NCBI GenBank assembly: GCA_023140385.1
Contig: JAGLLT010000021.1
Location: 1,068 to 65,067, forward strand
Direction: 5' to 3'
Length of the DNA stretch: 64,000 nt
Source of the DNA: Candidatus Omnitrophota bacterium
GTDB taxonomy: Bacteria > Omnitrophota > Gorgyraeia > JAGLLT01
The notes beneath the pieces were generated by a model. It saw only the letters and a list, made by a program, of their open reading frames with translations, was not told the DNA's origin and searched no databases. Numbering within the stretch: the first letter of the stretch is position 1; every line of letters starts with the position of its first letter. A program made the translations under genes and the position numbers. Below, piece by piece: positions 56,911-64,000 of this stretch.

Positions 56911-57170
56911 TAAAACTACTTACTCTTTATACGTTTAAAAAACTCTAAACAAACTCTAAATCCTAATATCTAAATCCTAAATAATCTCAAAATTCTAATG
57001 CTCAAATGTTATAAACCTTAAGTGTCTTTGTTTTGGTCATTTGTGTTTTGGACATTTGGATTTGTTTAGTATTTAGTGCTTAGTATTTAGGATTTTTACA
57101 ATGAATATAACTCCTTTAAAACCATTCTGTTCCCTCACGATTTTTCATACAACTTTTGACATTATCCAAA
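56911..57170 (+). repeat. intergenic repeat family 1, copy E (canonical, no insert)
   Basis: Full set of family blocks, including the 3' CATACAACTTTTGACATTATCCAAA that abuts the downstream gene stop. Confidence 0.85.
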
Positions 57171-58256
57171 TTAACGACTACTCTGTAACTGATACACCCT
57201 GGCTATATCTTCCACGCTTATTATACCCTTTAATTCACCTTTTTGCAAAATTAACGCGGTTTTTGAATTAGCGGCGGCCATCTTACTATAAACTGAATTT
57301 AGAGTTTCCCCGAGGCTAACCCTGACAACCTCCTTTGTCATAGCTTCTTTAGCTTTATTCTCACCCTTATGTTCGTGTAGGGCGGAAATTAAATTATATC
57401 TGGTTAATATTCCCAGAACCCTGTCTCCTTCTACAACGGGGAAGTCCTGTTGAGTTGTCTTAAGCGATAGCTCCAGAACGCCGGACAGAGGAGTATCGGG
57501 CCTTATGGAATGATATTCTCCGGCGGCAACATCTTTGACTTTAAACTCTTTTAGCGCGTACTTCAGTTTTACCTGCCTTTCTTCCTGTGAAGCGGCGATG
57601 TAGATAAAAAAGGCTATAAGCATTAATATAGGGTACTGTACTATCATTGCAGTAAGGCCGAAGATAATGGCAAAAAAGTGCCCTATACTGACGGCGATGC
57701 GCGTGGCCTTGATAAAGGGCATATGAGCGGCCAAAAAAGCCCTCAACGCCCTTCCTCCGTCCATAGGAAAGGCCGGCAGGAGATTAAAAAGGGCCAGCAT
57801 AGGATTAATCCAGTACATCCAGAGAATGGTTGATCGCCAGCTATTAAAGCTAATATTAGCCATACTCAGTGCTTTTATATCTCTGCCCATAATGAGGTAA
57901 AGCGGATAAAAAAGTAAAACAGCCAAAACAATATTAAATAACGGGCCGGCTAAAGACATAAGGAACTCCTGCTTTGGTTTATCAGGCATTCGTTCCATAA
58001 AGGCTATGCCGCCTATCGGAAACAGTGTTATGTGTTTTACCTTTATCTTGAATTTTTGAGCAACCAGTGAGTGGCTGATTTCGTGGAATATTACGCAGGT
58101 AAAGAGAAACATAACAAAAACAATGCTCCTCACCGCGTTCATTCCCCCCTGTCTAAAGAAAACTCCGAATCCCACAAAGGCCGGTAAGAGCAGGAAGGTG
58201 AAGTGAATCCTGACCTTGATACCGAAAATCTCAAAAATTTTAAGTGATTTTTCCAT
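57171..58256 (-). CDS. M50 site-2-protease family metalloprotease with C-terminal CBS pair
   Basis: HEISHSLVA HExxH in the TM core, then two CBS-like repeats. Confidence 0.8.
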   Translation of the reverse strand: MEKSLKIFEIFGIKVRIHFTFLLLPAFVGFGVFFRQGGMNAVRSIVFVMFLFTCVIFHEISHSLVAQKFKIKVKHITLFPIGGIAFMERMPDKPKQEFLMSLAGPLFNIVLAVLLFYPLYLIMGRDIKALSMANISFNSWRSTILWMYWINPMLALFNLLPAFPMDGGRALRAFLAAHMPFIKATRIAVSIGHFFAIIFGLTAMIVQYPILMLIAFFIYIAASQEERQVKLKYALKEFKVKDVAAGEYHSIRPDTPLSGVLELSLKTTQQDFPVVEGDRVLGILTRYNLISALHEHKGENKAKEAMTKEVVRVSLGETLNSVYSKMAAANSKTALILQKGELKGIISVEDIARVYQLQSSR

Positions 58257-58259
58257 TTT

Positions 58260-59534
58260 TTAGCTGAAATCGTTTATTACGCGTTTAATTTGTTTTATAT
58301 CTTTTTTTAAGGGGCCGATTGAGGCGAGGTTAAGGTTGTTTTCTTTTAAGATACTGCCGGCAACTCTCTTTATGTCATCAACTGAAACTACTTCAATTTG
58401 TTTGAGTATTTTTTTAATGTCCGGCATTCTGCCCTCAAGGGTAACCTTTTCACCGGCCCACAGCATATTGTCCATAGTATCCTCCAGGTTGATAAGCAGC
58501 TGCCCTGTAAGGAATTCTTTGGCCCTTTTGAGTTCGTCTGTTTTGACGGTTTCTTTCTTAATCAGCGCTAATTCTTTAAGTATAAGGCCAAGCGCCTCTA
58601 TGGTTTTTTTGTTTCTTATGCCGGCATCAATAGTAAAAACACCGGTGTCGCAATATTTTTTTATCGAGGTTGAAATCTGGTAGGCCAGTCCGGACTCTTC
58701 TCTTACCTTTTCAAATAACCTTGATGACATATTGCCTCCCAGTATAACGCTTAAAACGCCAAAGGCGTATCTGTCGGGGTGACTTCTTGAAGGCGTGTGA
58801 AATCCTAAGGACAGGTGAGTCTGTTCGGTATCTTTGTTTAGAAAATTAAAGCTTGCTTTTTTCTGCCTGTTGACATAGTTTTTAAAATTGCCCCGCCCTC
58901 CCGGTTTCAATAATCCGAAGAGGCTGTTTATTTTTTTAGATAGACTATCGATTTTTACTGAGCCGGTAATTATTAAGGCCATATTTGAGGGACAATAATG
59001 TTCTTGCTTATAATCCTCAAGCATCTTTTGGGATGTCGCGTTTACCGTTTTATAGGTGCCTGCCAAAGACCTGCCCAGCGGATGGCCGGGCCACATAATT
59101 TCACCCAAGACGTCGCTGACATGGTAAGCGGGCATATCTTTATACATTCTTATCTCTTCGGCAATAATCATTTTTTCTTTTACGATGTCCTCGGTTTTCA
59201 TCAGGGGATTTATAACTATGTCGGAAATGACATCTATTGCTCTGACCGCGTACTTTTGAGGAACCTTGGCAAAGTAACAGGTTGTCTCCTGCGAGGTAAA
59301 GGCGTTAAGGCTGCCTCCCACACCTTCGATGGACTGCTTGATGTCTTTGGCGGTTTTTTCTTTAGTTCCTCTGAAGACCAGATGCTCTAAAAAATGAGAG
59401 ATGCCGGAATTAGCCGCGTTTTCATATCTTCCTCCCGTTTTGACCCAGATTGACGCGGAGACCGACTTTCTTGAAGCCATAGGGATAAAAACTATCTGTA
59501 ACTTATTTTTAAGCTGTTTAATGACATATTTCAT
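58260..59534 (-). CDS. M16 family zinc peptidase (PqqL/pitrilysin-like)
   Basis: HFLEHLVFRGT HxxEH motif; 424 aa. Confidence 0.8.
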   Translation of the reverse strand: MKYVIKQLKNKLQIVFIPMASRKSVSASIWVKTGGRYENAANSGISHFLEHLVFRGTKEKTAKDIKQSIEGVGGSLNAFTSQETTCYFAKVPQKYAVRAIDVISDIVINPLMKTEDIVKEKMIIAEEIRMYKDMPAYHVSDVLGEIMWPGHPLGRSLAGTYKTVNATSQKMLEDYKQEHYCPSNMALIITGSVKIDSLSKKINSLFGLLKPGGRGNFKNYVNRQKKASFNFLNKDTEQTHLSLGFHTPSRSHPDRYAFGVLSVILGGNMSSRLFEKVREESGLAYQISTSIKKYCDTGVFTIDAGIRNKKTIEALGLILKELALIKKETVKTDELKRAKEFLTGQLLINLEDTMDNMLWAGEKVTLEGRMPDIKKILKQIEVVSVDDIKRVAGSILKENNLNLASIGPLKKDIKQIKRVINDFS

Positions 59535-59538
59535 ATTC

Positions 59539-59970
59539 TCAACCTTTACTTTTGTATTCCAGATAAGTTTGAAGGATTAAACAAGCGGCCACCTTGTCTA
59601 TTTTTTGTTTCCTTTTTCTTCTGGAGAGGTTTTCTAAAATCAATGCCGATTCCGCTTCTTTGGAAGTAAGGCGTTCATCGTAGTTTTCGACGGGAAGGCC
59701 TATTTTTTCCTGAACGACCCTGGAAAATTCAAGTACCGCTTCCGTTTGCTTGCTTAACGTGCCGTCCATATTTAAAGGTAAGCCGATTACAATAAGGCTG
59801 ACCTCCTTATCGATAACTATTTTCTTTAGCGCTTGAATATCAGAGTCAAGAATGCTCCGCGTAATAGTTTTGAAACTTTGGGCGATTGTCCTTGTTTTGT
59901 CACTTAAAGCTACCCCTATCCGCACACTTCCTACGTCTAATCCCATTATTCTCATCGAATTTTCAGGCAT
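59539..59970 (-). CDS. ruvX: Holliday junction resolvase-like protein YqgF/RuvX
   Basis: MRIMGLDVGSVRIGVALSD. Confidence 0.85.
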   Translation of the reverse strand: MPENSMRIMGLDVGSVRIGVALSDKTRTIAQSFKTITRSILDSDIQALKKIVIDKEVSLIVIGLPLNMDGTLSKQTEAVLEFSRVVQEKIGLPVENYDERLTSKEAESALILENLSRRKRKQKIDKVAACLILQTYLEYKSKG

Positions 59971-61060
59971 ACTTTGTTAGTTGCTTACTGCCGGTTAACC
60001 TATCAACAATCTTTTTAATTTTTTGGGCTTCTTCTTTTTTAGCGACTAAGGTCGCGTCGGGAGTCTGGATGATAATCAGCCCTGAGACTCCAATGGTGGC
60101 AATCAGGTGGTTTTTTTCTCCGTAAATTATACAGCTGTCGGTATTGTCACTGACAGATAAGGCGTTAATAATAATGTTCGACTTTTGTTTTTTAAGCCCA
60201 ATCTCCTCCAGGCTTTTCAGGCTGCCCAGGTCGGACCATCCGAAGCCGGCTTTGATAGCCAGTATCTTTTTTGTTTTCTGCATAAGTCCGTAGTCAATTG
60301 AAATAGGTTTTAATTTTTTATAGTTAGAACTTATTGATTTAATCTTTTTTTCACGGGAAAAAACCTTCTCCCCGCTTATTTTAAGGGTTTTAGCCAGAGA
60401 AGGCATATGGGTTTTAATCTCATCGAGAAAGATGTCCTGCCGCCAGACAAACATACCACAGTTGAAGTAATAGCTTCCTGAAGATAGAAATCTTTTCGCT
60501 TTTGCCAGAGACGGTTTTTCAATGAATTTCTCGACTTTATATCCGTAAGTTGAGGCGCTTTTTACGCGCTCACCGAACTTTAAATAGCCGTATCCGGTGG
60601 CCGCGAAGGTCGGTTTTATGCCAATGGTTATCAAGTTTCCGGAGGAGGCCAGGGAAACCGCCCTTTTGACGGTAGTTCTGAATATTTTGTCAGAGGTTAT
60701 GTGTTGATCGGCCGGGACAATGACCATTACGTTTTGTCGGTTTTTTCCTTTTAGGCAGGCAGCTGCCAGCCCTATAGCCGCGGCGGTTCCGCGCGGCTCC
60801 GGTTCGAGGATAAAATTTTTCAGCGGCACTTGAGGAAGCTGTTTTTTTATATCTTTTAACTGCGCCGATGAAGTGATGATAAATATCTGCTTAGAAGCGA
60901 CAATCCCCTTAAATCTATTATAAGTTTTTTCTAACATAGACTGGGAGTTGAATATTCGCAGGAACTGCTTAGGGCGGCCTTTTCTGGATAACGGCCAAAA
61001 GCGCGTTCCTCTGCCACCGGCTAATATAAAAATAAAGACATCGTTTCGGGATATCTTCAC
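59963..61060 (-). CDS. manC: mannose-1-phosphate guanylyltransferase
   Basis: ILAGGRGTRFWPLSRKGRPKQFL nucleotidyltransferase motif. Confidence 0.8.
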   Translation of the reverse strand: MKISRNDVFIFILAGGRGTRFWPLSRKGRPKQFLRIFNSQSMLEKTYNRFKGIVASKQIFIITSSAQLKDIKKQLPQVPLKNFILEPEPRGTAAAIGLAAACLKGKNRQNVMVIVPADQHITSDKIFRTTVKRAVSLASSGNLITIGIKPTFAATGYGYLKFGERVKSASTYGYKVEKFIEKPSLAKAKRFLSSGSYYFNCGMFVWRQDIFLDEIKTHMPSLAKTLKISGEKVFSREKKIKSISSNYKKLKPISIDYGLMQKTKKILAIKAGFGWSDLGSLKSLEEIGLKKQKSNIIINALSVSDNTDSCIIYGEKNHLIATIGVSGLIIIQTPDATLVAKKEEAQKIKKIVDRLTGSKQLTKYA

Positions 61061-61075
61061 GTGATTTTTCTCCTT

Positions 61076-61870
61076 CTAATGAACGGCTTTGGCTAATTTT
61101 GAGGCCAGAAGGCCAACGTCGATTAAGGCCTTCTTTTTTGAACCGGCCAGATGAATCTTATCTATTATAGCGCTACCTACGATAATTCCGTCGGCATAAG
61201 CGGCTATGTCTTTGGCCTGCTTGGCGCAAGATATGCCAAATCCGACGCAAACAGGTTTTTTTGTGAAACTTTTTATTCTGATGATGTCCTTTTTTATCTG
61301 TGACGGAAGACTTTTTCTACTGCCCGTCACGCCGGTCAGGGAGACGTAATAAATAAACCCTTTGGAGTGAGACACAGCTGTTTTTATCCTTGCTTCATCC
61401 GACGTGGGCGCTACGAAGTAGATAGTAGCCAAATCAGCCTTTCTGGCGAAGAGTTCAATCTGGCCCGCTTCATCCGCCGGCAAGTCAGGTATGATAATTC
61501 CGTCTATGCCATTATCTTTGGCATCTTTTACAAAATTTCTTATCCCATAGTGAAATATAGGGTTATAATAACTCATCATTACAAGAGGAACTTTAATTGA
61601 GGCTTCGAGCTCCTTCGCCATCTTAAAGATACTTTTAAGGCTGATATGATTACTCAGGGCGCGCTGTGAGGCCGCCTGTATTGTCGGCCCGTCTGCCAGC
61701 GGATCGGAAAAAGGAACGCCTAATTCTATCAGGTCAACCCCGTTTTTACATAACACCTTAATCAGTTCTTTGGTGGTTTTTAAATCAGGATCCCCGCAGG
61801 TTAAGTAGGCAATAAAGGCCTTCCGCCCCTTTTCTTTAAGTTCTTTAAATTTCTTTTCAATTTTATTCAT
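61076..61870 (-). CDS. trpA: tryptophan synthase alpha chain
   Basis: TrpA motifs (LIELGVPFSDPLADGPTIQ); start corrected to MNKIEKK with GAGGG RBS, because the longer ORF N-terminus is translated repeat sequence. Confidence 0.85.
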   Translation of the reverse strand: MNKIEKKFKELKEKGRKAFIAYLTCGDPDLKTTKELIKVLCKNGVDLIELGVPFSDPLADGPTIQAASQRALSNHISLKSIFKMAKELEASIKVPLVMMSYYNPIFHYGIRNFVKDAKDNGIDGIIIPDLPADEAGQIELFARKADLATIYFVAPTSDEARIKTAVSHSKGFIYYVSLTGVTGSRKSLPSQIKKDIIRIKSFTKKPVCVGFGISCAKQAKDIAAYADGIIVGSAIIDKIHLAGSKKKALIDVGLLASKLAKAVH

Positions 61871-61896
61871 TTTATTGCCCTCGTATAATATGTTTA

Positions 61897-61998
61897 CAAG
61901 ACGTTCGCATTCGCTCACTCTAAGGATTAAGACGCTCACTTTGTTCACTCTAAGAATTAAGTTTTTTTCACTTAATCCCCGCTTTTACTTAATCCTTA
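61897..61998 (+). repeat. intergenic repeat family 2, copy 2 (between trpB and trpA)
   Basis: ~95% identical to 38505-38606. Confidence 0.8.
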
Positions 61999-62008
61999 AT
62001 CCCGTTGC

Positions 62009-63190
62009 TTATTTAATACCCAGAGCTTCAGATACAGCTTCGACATCCTTGTCTCCGCGCCCCGACAGGCACATAACGATAATGTCCTTCTTCTTGAAGC
62101 GTCCGGCCTTTTTTTTAAGGTAGTAAAGCGCGTGAGAAGGTTCAAGAGCGGGTAGAATGCCTTCTGTCCTGGCGAGAAGCTTAAATCCCTCTAAGGCCTC
62201 TTTGTCGGTTACAGCATCGTATTCAGCCCTTTTTGTCTTTTTATAGTAGGAGTGCTCCGGGCCCACTCCCGGATAATCTAAGCCGGGGGCTATTGAATGA
62301 GCGTTTAGGACCTGTCCGTTTTTATCTTGCAAAAGGTAACTTTTTGAGCCGTGAAGGATGCCGACCTCACCTGTTATAAGAGAGGCGGCATGCTTGTATG
62401 ATTTGATGCCGTAACCCGCAGCTTCTATACCTATGAATTTAACCTTTGTTTTCTCAAAAGGATAGAATAATCCGAGAGAATTGCTTCCACCGCCTACGCA
62501 GGCAACTAAATAGTCCGGCAGTTTTCCTTCAAGTTCCATAATCTGTTTTTTTGTTTCGTTGCCGATGATGGTTTGAAAGTCTCTAACCATCATTGGATAT
62601 GGATGCGGGCCGACTACAGAACCCAGTACATAGTAGGTATTCTTCACGTTAGTAACCCAGTCTCTAATTGCTTCATTGGTGGCGTCTTTGAGTGTTTTGC
62701 TTCCGCTGTGGACGGGAATTATTTCCGCCCCCAGGAGTTTCATTCTTGAGACGTTTAGTTTTTGTCTCTTGATGTCCTCGTCTCCCATATAGATGTGGCA
62801 TTTCAAATTAAATAAGGCGCAGACTGTGGCTGTAGCGACACCGTGCTGCCCGGCGCCCGTTTCAGCAATAATGCGGGTTTTACCCATCTTAATTGCCAGC
62901 AAAACCTGTCCTATAGTATTATTGATTTTATGAGCGCCAGTGTGCGCGAGGTCCTCCCTTTTTAGGTAAATCACGGGGCCGTTTATTTCCGCCGAAAGCC
63001 TTTTTGCTTTGTAGAGCGGTGTGGGCCGCCCCACATAATAGTTAAGATAAAAGTTTAATTCAGAGTGGAAATCTTTATTTGTTTTAAGTTTACAGTACGC
63101 TTTTTCCAATTCACTAAGGGCGTTCATTAAGGTCTCGGGAACAAACTTTCCGCCGAAAATTCCGAAATAACCCGCTTTATTGGGTCTCAT
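62009..63190 (-). CDS. trpB: tryptophan synthase beta chain
   Basis: PLP-binding HTGAHKINN and GGGSNA motifs. Confidence 0.95.
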   Translation of the reverse strand: MRPNKAGYFGIFGGKFVPETLMNALSELEKAYCKLKTNKDFHSELNFYLNYYVGRPTPLYKAKRLSAEINGPVIYLKREDLAHTGAHKINNTIGQVLLAIKMGKTRIIAETGAGQHGVATATVCALFNLKCHIYMGDEDIKRQKLNVSRMKLLGAEIIPVHSGSKTLKDATNEAIRDWVTNVKNTYYVLGSVVGPHPYPMMVRDFQTIIGNETKKQIMELEGKLPDYLVACVGGGSNSLGLFYPFEKTKVKFIGIEAAGYGIKSYKHAASLITGEVGILHGSKSYLLQDKNGQVLNAHSIAPGLDYPGVGPEHSYYKKTKRAEYDAVTDKEALEGFKLLARTEGILPALEPSHALYYLKKKAGRFKKKDIIVMCLSGRGDKDVEAVSEALGIK

Positions 63191-63813
63191 ATTTCCTCCT
63201 TTTTCACTTTTAATATAAAGTCTTCAATGAGGCTTTTCAGTTTTTTACCCGGCGCTTCTTCCACCCCCGAAGAAACGTCAACGGCGTAGGGTTTTACCGT
63301 CTTAATCGCTTCGCTTACGTTTTGAGGATTGAGGCCGCCGGACAGGATTATTGGTTTATTTAGCTTTTTTGCCTGTCGGGCAACCTCCCAGTCAAAAGTG
63401 CGCCCTGTTCCGCCGCTGAACTCTTTGGAATAGGTATCTAATAAAAAGGCGTCAGCTTCCCTGTGTTCTTCGGCGCCGTTAAGGCTGTCAATATCCTTTA
63501 TTCTTATGGTTTTTATGATTTTTTTATGGGGCTTAAACTGGAGTATAAATTGGTGGTTTTCGTCCGCGTGAAACTGCAGGGTATCAAAGGGGCAGTTTCT
63601 CAAAACTTCTTTAATGAAGGAGACCGGCTGATTGGCAAAAACAGCTACGCAGTTGATAAAAGGAGGAATAGATTTAAGTATGTAGCTGGCGTTTTCAATA
63701 TTAATCCGTCTTAGCGATTCGGCGAAAATAAAACCCAGGGCGTCGCATCCGGCTTCAATTGCCATTTGAGCATCTTCTAAGTTGGTTATTCCGCAGATCT
63801 TAATCCTTGTCAT
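63187..63813 (-). CDS. trpF: phosphoribosylanthranilate isomerase
   Basis: [30 protein letters not shown]. Confidence 0.85.
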   Translation of the reverse strand: MTRIKICGITNLEDAQMAIEAGCDALGFIFAESLRRINIENASYILKSIPPFINCVAVFANQPVSFIKEVLRNCPFDTLQFHADENHQFILQFKPHKKIIKTIRIKDIDSLNGAEEHREADAFLLDTYSKEFSGGTGRTFDWEVARQAKKLNKPIILSGGLNPQNVSEAIKTVKPYAVDVSSGVEEAPGKKLKSLIEDFILKVKKEEI

Positions 63814-64000
63814 TTATCATTGCCCCTTATTTCTTTTATTTTTTCTTTTATATCACCGCTTCTCATAAAGGTTTCACCTATCAGGGCGGCGTTTATGCCC
63901 AGTTTTTCAAGGAGGATGATGTCGCCGCGTGTTTTAATGCCGCTTTCGGAGACCAGGATAATACTTTTATCTTCCGGAATTAATGTCCTGAGTTTCGCGG
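63810..64000 (-). CDS. trpC: indole-3-glycerol phosphate synthase (C-terminal end; gene continues beyond window)
   Basis: RC translation ...[50 protein letters not shown]; its TGA overlaps the trpF ATG (ATGA). Confidence 0.7.
   Translation of the reverse strand, partial: AKLRTLIPEDKSIILVSESGIKTRGDIILLEKLGINAALIGETFMRSGDIKEKIKEIRGNDK

Noticed and set aside
13713-57170. Possibility that the dispersed repeats are a CRISPR array
   Set aside because: Units are ~200 bp and tens of kb apart, not 25-40 bp repeats with regular short spacers. No cas genes are present in the window.

Overview
Gene-dense, roughly 40% GC bacterial chromosomal segment. About 85% is coding, and all CDS from ~7.2 kb onward are on the minus strand. 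The character suggests an uncultivated PVC/Omnitrophota-like anaerobe; this is inferred from gene content and composition only. The backbone is housekeeping: ppdK, a sigma-70 factor, aroB, hisS, HU, dnaE, thiC-thiE, gmhA/rfaE/pfk, accBC-efp-pepP-aroQ, rmuC, lepB-lepA, rpe, ruvX, manC and trpC-F-B-A, plus two tRNAs (Arg-CCU +, Gly-CCC -). Four things are not explained by the ordinary gene calls. (1) A low-GC (~30-33%) island at ~39.9-43.9 kb, between a UPF0104 membrane protein gene and rmuC, carries a 675-aa single-chain PHP-phosphoesterase::SMC/Rad50-like ABC-ATPase. This is SbcCD-like in one polypeptide and reminiscent of the Ppl/OLD-class defence ATPases. Three small ORFs of unknown function accompany it; one encodes a 4-TM protein. 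This is the best candidate for a novel defence system. (2) A minus-strand operon at 7.25-9.94 kb couples a stand-alone tRNA-binding (CsaA/Trbp111-type) domain protein, a YkgJ-type CxxCxxCC metal-cluster protein and a 481-aa PP-loop ATPase that has a Cys cluster and an unknown N-domain. This is a candidate uncharacterised tRNA modification or thiolation module. (3) A ~200-270 bp modular intergenic repeat family is present in 5 same-orientation copies, each filling a whole minus-to-minus intergenic spacer. A central hotspot carries different hairpin inserts in two copies. (4) A second repeat family has 2 copies, upstream of aroQ and between trpB and trpA. Also found: an unannotated 54-aa Trm112-like gene, a sigma factor with a histone-like Lys-rich tail, two consensus TTGACA-17-TATAGT promoters, and several corrected start sites (trpA, M23 peptidase, rpe, thiE, and PGM/PMM).
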